Shown: piece after piece, positions 32,011 to 40,273 of the stretch
How the letters are laid out: the number at the start of each line of letters is the position of its first letter
Numbering within the stretch: the stretch's first letter is position 1
Source: an uncultured bacterium
Lineage (GTDB): Bacteria > Hydrothermota > Hydrothermia > LBFQ01
Direction of reading: 5' to 3'
Assembly: GCA_964426895.1 (NCBI GenBank)
Contig: CAYRSH010000004.1
Location: 1 to 47,760, forward strand
Length of the DNA: 47,760 bases
Translations under genes and position numbers: made by a program
The notes under the pieces: generated by a model
The model's database searches: none
Seen by the model: the letters and a program-made list of their open reading frames with translations, nothing else
What the model was told of the DNA's origin: nothing

Positions 32011-32616
32011 TTATTTGCCCTCTTCCGTTTGTGTGGTTTCGGTTGTGGTTTTTTCTGCACCTTCCTCGGCCTTTGCCGCAACTATAACCACAACAACCAT
32101 ATCGGGGTCTTCCGCTATTGTAAAGTTCTTGGTGGGTATATCCTTAACATGTATTGCATCTCCAATATTTAATTTGGAAACATCTACCTCTATGTGGGGT
32201 GGTATGTTTGCGGGCGTTGACCTCACGGCCAGAGATTTTGTTAGAACTTCCATAACACCACCTGCCTTAACTCCCGGCGCCTCTCCTACGATAACGACCG
32301 GAACTTCAACCTCAACTTCCTCGCCGGCGTGCAATATCTGTAAATCAACATGTAGGATTTCGTCTTTCACGGGGTGTAATTGCAGGTCTTTTATGATAAC
32401 GGGTTTGGTTTTTCCGTTAATGTTTGCGTTTATTACAACACTCTCACCGTGGGTTTCGTGTAAAAGTTTTATCAGTTCCGATTTCTTTACCAAACCGTGA
32501 AAATTTTCCTCTCCCTTTCCGTAAAGTTCAACGGGCACAAGCCCCTTTTTCCTATACCTTTTAGCCGCCTTTGTTCCGAGTTCCTCCCTCGGAAGGATGT
32601 TTAATGTTATAGCCAT
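32011..32616 (-). CDS. rplY: 50S ribosomal protein L25/Ctc
   Basis: REELGTKAAKRYRKKGLVPVELYGKG, a two-domain Ctc length, and an acidic tail. Confidence 0.9.
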   Translation of the reverse strand: MAITLNILPREELGTKAAKRYRKKGLVPVELYGKGEENFHGLVKKSELIKLLHETHGESVVINANINGKTKPVIIKDLQLHPVKDEILHVDLQILHAGEEVEVEVPVVIVGEAPGVKAGGVMEVLTKSLAVRSTPANIPPHIEVDVSKLNIGDAIHVKDIPTKNFTIAEDPDMVVVVIVAAKAEEGAEKTTTETTQTEEGK

Positions 32617-32624
32617 AAGTGGGA

Positions 32625-32630
32625 ATTATA
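32625..32630 (-). promoter_or_regulatory. -10 box TATAAT, 8 nt before ATG 32616
   Basis: Minus strand reads GCGGTATAATTCCCACTTATGG. Confidence 0.5.
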
Positions 32631-32671
32631 CCGCTGAAAGGTTTGTAAAAAATTACCAACACAACACCTAC

Positions 32672-32702
32672 TTGACAGGAATGGAATGTTCAGATATATA
32701 AT
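32672..32702 (+). promoter_or_regulatory. Consensus promoter of the T9SS-cargo operon (TTGACA-17-TATATA / TATAAT)
   Basis: -35 at 32672-32677 and -10 at 32695-32700, overlapping TATAAT 32697-32702. Unlike other promoters here, it is followed by a leader of about 85 nt. Confidence 0.6.
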
Positions 32703-32766
32703 TACCGTATCAGGAGGTGGGATATAAAAGGCCTCAATACTAAAAAATTCCCCGCAAAAATGGTGA

Positions 32767-32775
32767 GGGGGGGGG
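32767..32775 (+). repeat. Homopolymer G9 in the operon leader, between an out-of-frame ATG (32760) and the annotated ATG (32791)
   Basis: Read directly as ATGGTGAGGGGGGGGGTTAATT. It is the longest homopolymer I noticed in the window. Confidence 0.9.
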
Positions 32776-32790
32776 TTAATTATTCTCGCA

Positions 32791-34662
32791 ATGATAGGTG
32801 ATGTGAAGGCTCAATACATAGACAACTGGCTACTGTATAGGAGACCCTTCGCCGATACTGTATTCCCGATAGAGGGTAGCGCCGATACACTGTTTGATGT
32901 GGTAGAAATAGCCCGGAGGTTTATAATAGTTGGCGAGACATTACGGGTAATACCGATGTTCAGTTATGTATCCGTAGGGACAAAGGTAAATGCTCCTGCC
33001 GTAGGTAGTGCTGGTATGCTCTTAGAGGTTGATAGGTTTGGTTTCTTTATAAGGGACAAAGGGTACAAAGAACCATCCACTGATGAACCCACTTATAACA
33101 TATCGGGTTTTTATACCATATTGCCTTTGTATAGGATATTTAGCCCAAGACCTGGACCAATTAGGCTAATAACATTGCAAGGTTTTCTTGTTGGTGGGTA
33201 TAGGGCGAATATATGGCCACCAAGCCCTTCCGATGCATTGCTTATGAGATTAGACCCTTATGGGAATATAGTTTGGTCATACAAGTATGGGACGGATACA
33301 AGCGATGAAAAGATTATAAAAATAATAAGGGATGGGATTTTATGTTGCGATCCTTTTGGGACTGCTTTACCTTATCCCTACGCCATGGTGGGTTATACCA
33401 CATTAAAGGGTATTCCCGAGGGTCCTCCCACAAATGGGTTGGATGATAAGAACTTTCTATTTATGGCGGTTGATAGTTTGGGGGATGTTGTAAAGGCTTG
33501 TGTTTATGGTGGCGATGGGGTTGATGTTGCCACATATATTGAGAAAAACCCGCAAGGTGGTTTCTTCATAGTTGGGTATAGCAACTCTTTCAGCAGTAGG
33601 TATGGTGTCCTTTTGTTAAGAGTAAGGGATGATTGTAGGGTTATGTGGTCAAGGTTGTATTTGGCGCCGAGCGGTCATTTATTCCCCTATGCTGTAAGGA
33701 TTGACGGACAGGGAAGGTTGGTTATAAGCGGAACATATAGGCCGTATTTAAGCACAACCGATGGTATAAAATCTTTTGTCTTTCAAGTGGATACGGTGTA
33801 TGGTAATATTATTAACCAAAAGATGTTTGTACTATTTGATGCTAGGGGAGAAGATGTTGATACTTTACATACCTATGGATATGAAATAACCATACTTCCC
33901 GACGGTAATTATGCCTTTGTGGGGAATGCCACACTATATGAACCCTTTGATAACCAAATCCTTCTATTTTTATCTCAGCAACCAACCCAACCTTTGGCCG
34001 TAGAAAGTTGGTCAAGGGCTTATATAATAAAGTTAAACCCTGCTCTTGATACCCTGTGGGTAAGGCAATATAGGCGGAATTATGACAAATCCTTTGCCGA
34101 GAATTCCCTAACAGCCCTATATGCCGTATATCCTCAACACGCCGGTGGAATATTGGGAGTAGGTCAAATAGGAGAACGGGGGTCCATTCCTTTTATCCCA
34201 GATACCGTATTCCCATATATTGTTAATGTAAGGTCATCGGATGGTAAGACGGATGAGGATTTAACACTCGGGGATAGTTGTTGGGACGAACATATAGATG
34301 TAGATTTCACAAACCCCGGCTTTATTGGTTATCCAGTGGATGTTGTGAGGGAAGACCTACCACTCACAAAAATACCCGTAAATATGATAGTTTATGAGTT
34401 TGAGGATAATGCTTTCCTTCCACGCTGTCCGGGATCGGGCCTCTTTCGTGCCAGTTGTGGCGGGAATAAACCCATTTCGCCGGAGGTTGAAAACATAAAG
34501 GGGGATGTTTATGTTTTTGGTGAAGGAGATGTTAAATACGAGGTTTATACCCCCGATGGTAGGCTTTTGAATAGGGGTTATGGTAAAAAGGTGTTTATAA
34601 AGAAGAAGGGGGTGTATATCATACGCGCTAATGGTAAAAGCAAGGTTATAATCAGGAGGTGA
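32791..34662 (+). CDS. Secreted beta-propeller repeat protein (SBBP-like repeats) with T9SS-type C-terminal sorting domain
   Basis: Recurrent blades of the type G..VWS.KYG...D......G.......VGYT.S. The CTD reads VYVFGEGDVKYEVYTPDGRLL...GVYIIRANGKSKVIIRR. The annotated N-terminus lacks a signal peptide. Confidence 0.7.
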   Translation: MIGDVKAQYIDNWLLYRRPFADTVFPIEGSADTLFDVVEIARRFIIVGETLRVIPMFSYVSVGTKVNAPAVGSAGMLLEVDRFGFFIRDKGYKEPSTDEPTYNISGFYTILPLYRIFSPRPGPIRLITLQGFLVGGYRANIWPPSPSDALLMRLDPYGNIVWSYKYGTDTSDEKIIKIIRDGILCCDPFGTALPYPYAMVGYTTLKGIPEGPPTNGLDDKNFLFMAVDSLGDVVKACVYGGDGVDVATYIEKNPQGGFFIVGYSNSFSSRYGVLLLRVRDDCRVMWSRLYLAPSGHLFPYAVRIDGQGRLVISGTYRPYLSTTDGIKSFVFQVDTVYGNIINQKMFVLFDARGEDVDTLHTYGYEITILPDGNYAFVGNATLYEPFDNQILLFLSQQPTQPLAVESWSRAYIIKLNPALDTLWVRQYRRNYDKSFAENSLTALYAVYPQHAGGILGVGQIGERGSIPFIPDTVFPYIVNVRSSDGKTDEDLTLGDSCWDEHIDVDFTNPGFIGYPVDVVREDLPLTKIPVNMIVYEFEDNAFLPRCPGSGLFRASCGGNKPISPEVENIKGDVYVFGEGDVKYEVYTPDGRLLNRGYGKKVFIKKKGVYIIRANGKSKVIIRR

Positions 34663-34665
34663 GTT

Positions 34666-36180
34666 ATGTTAATGTTGTTAAGTTATTCGTATGTTAGCCC
34701 GGTGATACCGGGTGGTTGGGCTTATGGCTCTTGGCAAACATATCAAGGGAACTTGGATTACACGGGTAGGCAGGCGTTAAGGGGTAATTTGAGTGTGGGG
34801 AGGTTTGTGGTTAGAAGTGATACTTTTGTGGTGGGGTATGTTCATAACACCGCCGTTCAACCAACAATACTACCCTTTGCCCAAAACACATTCATAATAA
34901 CCTTACACCATATTTTTCGGTATGTTGAAAACAACAGGCTGGATACAACCCATAATTTTGGACCCGATAACTTTGCCCATATTTTCATCGTATCAAAATG
35001 GCAAGGGTCGTATTTGGAAGTGTTCGGGTATAAAAAATTAGGAGAAAACCTTGAAGAAGGTGCCCTCACTGGATACGATATAGACACCGTTTTAGGGCGT
35101 TTGAGTAATAGCCATCTTTTGGGTAGTGGTGTTTGTTCTGAATCATATCCAATACCAGCAATAGATGATGTAAACGGCGATAGCCTTGTAGAACTTGTGC
35201 ATGCTATAAATAAATCATTCGGTTCCTATTATAGGAGGGGAATTGCCGCCCTTAGGAGGCCGGGATTTATGTTGTGGTTTTCCGTAGAGGATACATCAAC
35301 ATTTTGTGAGCCTATACAGGCATTAACATCTTCGGATATAGACGGAGACGGGATAAAGGAGATACTGTTCTTGGAGACCTGTCCTGAGGGTTTTAGGAGG
35401 GTTGTTGCCCTAAGCGGTTTGGACGGCTCCATTGAATGGAAAGGGGAAAACAGGATATACAACCCTTTACCGAAATACGGCTATCCCTTGGTAATGACGG
35501 ATGATATAAATAACGACGGGTATAAGGAGGCGATAGTAATATTGGACAAGGTATATGTATATGACCACGGAGGTAATTTACTGTGGGATAGGGATTTAGG
35601 ATTTGCGATGACATGGAACGGTGCGGTTGGAGATATAGACAGGGATGGTGTTGTTGAGATATTGGCTTACAGCGGATACAACATATACGCCCTTGATGGC
35701 AGGAATGGGAATATAAAGTGGAGTAAGTTTTTGGGATATGATTCACCCGTAAGCGGTTCCGGTATAAATATAGCAGACATAGATCCAACGCCCGGATACG
35801 AGGTATTGGTACCTTTAAGAATGGAAGGGTTAAAGGTATTGGACGCCAACGGGAATTTGCTTTGGGATTACAGGGGTGGGCAACTTTACGGTTTTTCGGT
35901 GGGGGATGCCGATGGTGATGGTTGCAGTGAGATTGTGGGTGTTGAGGATGAAACGGGTGATTATAGGTTCAGGGTATTTGTGATAGATGCGTTGTCAAAC
36001 ACGGGGAATTGCGGTTCAAGTCTTGAAGTGTTGGAGGATAGGGAAGATAAAGCACCGCTTGAAGGCAAGATATACGACATAAGCGGCAGGCTTATAAAGG
36101 TTGGTGATTTAAAGGGCTTAAAGAGGGGTATATACTTTATCAAGGGAAAGGGTGGAATAAGAAAAGTGGAGGTTAGGTAA
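34666..36180 (+). CDS. Secreted FG-GAP/PQQ-like beta-propeller protein with T9SS-type C-terminal sorting domain
   Basis: Repeated DxDxDG-like calcium loops: DIDGDGIKEIL, DINNDGYKEAI, DIDRDGVVEIL, DADGDGCSEIV. These alternate with LDG.NG...W strands. The CTD reads IYDISGRLIKV...GIYFIKGKGGIRKVEVR. An AGGAGG lies 6 nt upstream. Confidence 0.75.
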   Translation: MLMLLSYSYVSPVIPGGWAYGSWQTYQGNLDYTGRQALRGNLSVGRFVVRSDTFVVGYVHNTAVQPTILPFAQNTFIITLHHIFRYVENNRLDTTHNFGPDNFAHIFIVSKWQGSYLEVFGYKKLGENLEEGALTGYDIDTVLGRLSNSHLLGSGVCSESYPIPAIDDVNGDSLVELVHAINKSFGSYYRRGIAALRRPGFMLWFSVEDTSTFCEPIQALTSSDIDGDGIKEILFLETCPEGFRRVVALSGLDGSIEWKGENRIYNPLPKYGYPLVMTDDINNDGYKEAIVILDKVYVYDHGGNLLWDRDLGFAMTWNGAVGDIDRDGVVEILAYSGYNIYALDGRNGNIKWSKFLGYDSPVSGSGINIADIDPTPGYEVLVPLRMEGLKVLDANGNLLWDYRGGQLYGFSVGDADGDGCSEIVGVEDETGDYRFRVFVIDALSNTGNCGSSLEVLEDREDKAPLEGKIYDISGRLIKVGDLKGLKRGIYFIKGKGGIRKVEVR

Positions 36181-36181
36181 T

Positions 36182-37528
36182 ATGCTTTGGGGGTATGTTA
36201 TAGGTGCGGATGTTGGTATAAAGTTCTACAACGGGAGGTTCTTAGGGGTTTATGCGTATGGAAATTACCCCCATATAACCTTTTTTGAAGCGGATACAAA
36301 TCTTAACATTATCTGGAAGAGGACATATACTTCCGCGGACACGACATTTAGATGGGGTGGTTCCGCACGGGTTAAAGGCATTTATATGGACGATAATGGG
36401 TATATATACACCATATATGTGGGCAGGATGCCGCCCTATTACTTTGATTATCCCGTGGTTTTAAAATTTGACACCTTGGGAAACCTTATATGGTGGAAGT
36501 TGTACAATTGGGATAATGTTGAAACTCGGTTTGCTTACAAAATTCCAAGCAATTTAATAAAGAACGGTTTAATAGTAGGTGGGGCGGTTTATCCGGAAGG
36601 GTGGGATACCACATGGAAATCCCATATGGCGGTTATGAAAATTGATACATCGGGGGGTGTAGTATGGGCTAAAACATACGGCCGGGATGTTAGGATTCTT
36701 GGTTTTGCGGCAAGTGTGGTGCCAACGGATAGTATTGGAAGCGGTTATTACCTCATAGGTGCGGAAAGTGATTTAATATTGGGGAGGTTGGATGCAAATG
36801 GCAACCAAATTTGGTTTAAAAAGTACATATCATCGGATTACATAGCCCCTGCCTTGAATTCCACCACAATTGTGGGCGATAAACTGATATTCGGCAGTGG
36901 AGACGGCTCGGCGTACAATTTAATAAAAATTGACACAACGGGAATACCCCATATGAGAAAGTATATACAACCATACACACTCGTTGAGGCCGACCTGGAC
37001 AGATGGGAGTGGAGGGGCGGTTATATATACGCACAATTCCGCTTAGTGGCTTTTGATACAAACTTTAACCTTTTAAGGGATACCGCAATAAATAGGGCAA
37101 GGGTTTTGGAAAATTTGGGTGGTTGGTATGTTGCCAGGAGGTCGCACTTAGGCGGTTATACAATACTCAAAGTTAATTCTTCCCTTCAAACCTGCGACGA
37201 TACGATAACAAAGGAATACATATACACGGTATCGGCTACCATGCCTTCCGTAATTGATTATACCGATTCCTTGATAATCATGGATTGGACAACGAGGATA
37301 AACACTATAAACATACCCTTTTTAGAAGTTTTACCCGATACTATAACCTTTGAACCCTATTGTTCCATCAAAATAACGGAAAACCTTAAAGAACCGAAAA
37401 GCAAAACCATTGAAATCTATGATGTTTCCGGGAGGTTGATTTACAAAGGCGGCAAGAAGCCAAACTTAGAGAGAGGGGTTTATTTTATCAGGAGGGATGG
37501 GAAGGTTTTTAAAGAAATCCGCAGGTAA
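36182..37528 (+). CDS. Secreted beta-propeller repeat protein (paralogous to 32791-34662) with T9SS-type C-terminal sorting domain
   Basis: Blades GN.IW.K.Y occur several times. The CTD reads IEIYDVSGRLIYKG...GVYFIRRDGKVFKEIRR. A GGAGGT lies 8 nt upstream. Confidence 0.7.
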   Translation: MLWGYVIGADVGIKFYNGRFLGVYAYGNYPHITFFEADTNLNIIWKRTYTSADTTFRWGGSARVKGIYMDDNGYIYTIYVGRMPPYYFDYPVVLKFDTLGNLIWWKLYNWDNVETRFAYKIPSNLIKNGLIVGGAVYPEGWDTTWKSHMAVMKIDTSGGVVWAKTYGRDVRILGFAASVVPTDSIGSGYYLIGAESDLILGRLDANGNQIWFKKYISSDYIAPALNSTTIVGDKLIFGSGDGSAYNLIKIDTTGIPHMRKYIQPYTLVEADLDRWEWRGGYIYAQFRLVAFDTNFNLLRDTAINRARVLENLGGWYVARRSHLGGYTILKVNSSLQTCDDTITKEYIYTVSATMPSVIDYTDSLIIMDWTTRINTINIPFLEVLPDTITFEPYCSIKITENLKEPKSKTIEIYDVSGRLIYKGGKKPNLERGVYFIRRDGKVFKEIRR

Positions 37529-37536
37529 TACCCTCT

Positions 37537-37542
37537 TATAAT
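37537..37542 (+). promoter_or_regulatory. -10 box TATAAT, 8 nt before ATG 37551
   Basis: CTCTTATAATCCCCACTTATG. Confidence 0.5.
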
Positions 37543-37550
37543 CCCCACTT

Positions 37551-38450
37551 ATGAATATAGCGATTATAGGGGATGTTATGCTTGACGAGTATGCCTTTGG
37601 GAGTGTTGAAAGGGTTTCGCCGGAAGCCCCTGTACCCATATTCTTATACAAAAGTAGTAAGTTTTTACCCGGTGGTGCGGCAAATGTCGCTTTAAACTTG
37701 GTAAAGTTGGGTGTAAATGTTTATTTATACGGAATAGTGGGGGATGATGAGGACGGGGATAAGTTGATAAACATATGCGAAAGCCTTGGAATAAACTTCC
37801 GCTTTCATAAGGGTAAGTTTAGGACATTGAAAAAAACCCGTTTATTGTCAAAACATCACCATGTTTTAAGAATAGATTACGAGGAAAAATTCTTGGAAGA
37901 TGATGCCTACGACCTTTTGGATTTAATAAAGGTGGATGTAGATGCGGTTGTAATATCAAACTACGATAAAGGCACCGTAATCCCCGAAACTTTGCGCCTG
38001 ATTAAGGAAAAGTTTGGCGATAAGTTAAAGGCGATAGACCCAAAGTCCCTTTTATGGGAATCTAAGGGCTTTGATATAATAAAACCCAACCTCAGCGAAC
38101 TTTCAAGGGCATTGCATAGGGATTTGAGGAGTGTTGAAGATGTTCTTGAAGGTTCCGCAGAAGTATTTAACAAATTGAATCCGGAAGCCTTGGTATCAAC
38201 CATGGGGGATAAGGGGATGTGGGTGATCACAAGGGATAAAAAGGTGCATATTCCCGCATACAAAAGGGAGGTTTATGATATTACGGGTGCTGGCGATACG
38301 GTTCTCGCTTGGGTTGTGTGGGGAAGGTTAAAGGGATATGATTGGGAAACCATTGGGAAACTATCCTCAAAGGCGGCGGCCATAACCGTTTCAAAACTCG
38401 GGGCGTATGCGCCCACATTGGATGAGGTTTTAAGGGAATTCCCGGATTAA
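37551..38450 (+). CDS. rfaE1: D-glycero-beta-D-manno-heptose-7-phosphate kinase (RfaE/HldE domain I, PfkB family)
   Basis: IGDVMLDEY..G.V.R.SPEAPVPI, GGAANVA.NL, and the C-terminal DITGAGDT anion hole. Confidence 0.85.
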   Translation: MNIAIIGDVMLDEYAFGSVERVSPEAPVPIFLYKSSKFLPGGAANVALNLVKLGVNVYLYGIVGDDEDGDKLINICESLGINFRFHKGKFRTLKKTRLLSKHHHVLRIDYEEKFLEDDAYDLLDLIKVDVDAVVISNYDKGTVIPETLRLIKEKFGDKLKAIDPKSLLWESKGFDIIKPNLSELSRALHRDLRSVEDVLEGSAEVFNKLNPEALVSTMGDKGMWVITRDKKVHIPAYKREVYDITGAGDTVLAWVVWGRLKGYDWETIGKLSSKAAAITVSKLGAYAPTLDEVLREFPD

Positions 38451-39307
38451 ACAAAAATAACCGTTTTATCCTCAACAACCTCGTATTCCGCGGGTGTATA
38501 ACCAGCAAACTCCCCCTCACATTCAACGGGTATATTCGGCGTAAAAACTTTTAAACCCTTAGCATCAAACTCCCTTATTTCTTTTATCCTCAAGTGACTC
38601 CCGTTATACACCCTCGGGAAATAATATACAAACTTATAAACCGGAACATATTCAACCACTATAACCTTGGTCGGTCCAGTGATTGAAGAGTTTGGGGAGA
38701 TTTTCATACCCCCACCGAAATACGGAGAATTTGCAAATACAACCATTATAATATCCCCCTCGTAATATTTACCCTCTACCTCCATATTAACCCTTAAAGG
38801 CTCCAATTCGTACAATGTATTCAACACACCTATCGCATATCCCAACCTTCCAAACCTCCTGAGACCGTCAAAACTATAAGCCACCTTGGCCCCAAAACCC
38901 AAATCCGAAACCCCCACAAAATACCTATAACCTTCGGAAGTTTTGAGGAGAACGGGATTAACCCTTTTGATGTTAAACCCCAATATTTCATCAAACCTTT
39001 CAACCGGCTTCCTCTTAACACCCAAACTCCTCGCGACATCACAACCGGTACCTCCAAATATGGGGGCTACGGGTAGTTCAATCTTGTAATCAATCATCCC
39101 GTTTACAACCTCGTTTAATGTTCCGTCCCCACCCGCCACCATTATAACATCTCCCCTTACGGATTTTACCAATTCCCTTGCATGCCCCCTCCCCTCCGTG
39201 TAAAATGTCTCATAAGCATATCCGTATTCCTCTACCAAGTTTGAGAACTTTTTATAAATCTTTAAACCGGATCTGGCAACCGGATTAACAACAAAACTGA
39301 ACCTCAT
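38447..39307 (-). CDS. Diacylglycerol kinase family lipid kinase (YegS/DagK-like)
   Basis: The nucleotide site [14 protein letters not shown] lies in the N-terminal half. Length is about 290 aa. Confidence 0.8.
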   Translation of the reverse strand: MRFSFVVNPVARSGLKIYKKFSNLVEEYGYAYETFYTEGRGHARELVKSVRGDVIMVAGGDGTLNEVVNGMIDYKIELPVAPIFGGTGCDVARSLGVKRKPVERFDEILGFNIKRVNPVLLKTSEGYRYFVGVSDLGFGAKVAYSFDGLRRFGRLGYAIGVLNTLYELEPLRVNMEVEGKYYEGDIIMVVFANSPYFGGGMKISPNSSITGPTKVIVVEYVPVYKFVYYFPRVYNGSHLRIKEIREFDAKGLKVFTPNIPVECEGEFAGYTPAEYEVVEDKTVIFV

Positions 39308-40233
39308 GCCAAGACTTCGCTTGGTAGTGCAAACTTAACATTTTCTTTAATCCAGCCCAATTCCTCCACACTTTCCCCGCCCATGCTTAAAAGTTTCCAA
39401 ACAACACGCCTTACAAGGCTTTCTGGTGTTGACGCCCCGGAGGTTATCCCAACTGCGGAAACACCTTCAAGCCACTTGGGATTTATATATGTTTCATCCT
39501 CTATGAGGTATGCCCTTTTACCCTTCTTCTCCGCAACTTCCCTTAACCTATTGGAATTTGAACTCTCCTTAGAACCTATAACCAAGATTAAATCCGATAC
39601 CTCGGCTAACCTCTTTACGGCGTCTTGCCTGTTTTGGGTTGCATAACATATATCGTCCGCCTTTGGTAGAACGATGTTCGGAAACCTCCTTTTTAAAACC
39701 TCAATTATTTCCTTGGTATCATCTACGGATAATGTGGTTTGCGTGGTTAAGGCCACTTTATTCGGATCCGGGACCTCAACCCTTTCCGCGTCCTCTATAT
39801 CCTCAACCAGTATTACCTTATCCGGCGCCTCCCCCATCGTACCCTCAACCTCAACATGACCACTATGCCCCACAAGGATTATCGTATAACCCTCAGAGGC
39901 AAACCTCCTAACCTCTTTATGAACCTTATTAACCAATGGGCATGTGGCATCTATAACCTTTAAATTCCTCTTCTTGGCATCTTCCCTAACCTTTGGGGAA
40001 ACCCCATGCGCCGAGAAAATAACAATTGAACCCTCCGGAATTTCATTCACATCCTCAACAAATATAGCCCCCTTCTTTTTCAAATCCTCAACCACATACC
40101 GGTTATGGACTATCGCATGCCTTACATATATAGGGGGGCCAAAAATCTTTAAAGCCCTTTCAACTATTTCAATAGCCCTATCAACACCCGCACAAAAACC
40201 CCTTGGATACGCCAAATAAATTTTAAACCCCAT
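39304..40233 (-). CDS. ispH: 4-hydroxy-3-methylbut-2-enyl diphosphate reductase
   Basis: [37 protein letters not shown], and GH.GH.EV.G. Confidence 0.95.
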   Translation of the reverse strand: MGFKIYLAYPRGFCAGVDRAIEIVERALKIFGPPIYVRHAIVHNRYVVEDLKKKGAIFVEDVNEIPEGSIVIFSAHGVSPKVREDAKKRNLKVIDATCPLVNKVHKEVRRFASEGYTIILVGHSGHVEVEGTMGEAPDKVILVEDIEDAERVEVPDPNKVALTTQTTLSVDDTKEIIEVLKRRFPNIVLPKADDICYATQNRQDAVKRLAEVSDLILVIGSKESSNSNRLREVAEKKGKRAYLIEDETYINPKWLEGVSAVGITSGASTPESLVRRVVWKLLSMGGESVEELGWIKENVKFALPSEVLA

Positions 40234-40240
40234 AGACTGT

Positions 40241-40246
40241 ATTCTA
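40241..40246 (-). promoter_or_regulatory. -10 box TAGAAT, 7 nt before ATG 40233
   Basis: Minus strand reads CCTTAGAATACAGTCTATG. Confidence 0.45.
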
Positions 40247-40261
40247 AGGTTGAAACAACCT

Positions 40262-40267
40262 TAAAAT
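40262..40267 (+). promoter_or_regulatory. -10 box TAAAAT, 6 nt before TTG 40274
   Basis: CCTTAAAATTCCCTCTTG, near-identical in form to 6315-6331. Confidence 0.4.
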
Positions 40268-40273
40268 TCCCTC

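Noticed and set aside
32712-32743. An AGGAGGTGG Shine-Dalgarno-like string in the T9SS operon leader, with a possible 8-codon mini-ORF (GTG 32717).
   Set aside because: The GTG overlaps the SD-like string, leaving no spacer, and the peptide has no recognisable feature. It is kept only as context for the G9 finding.
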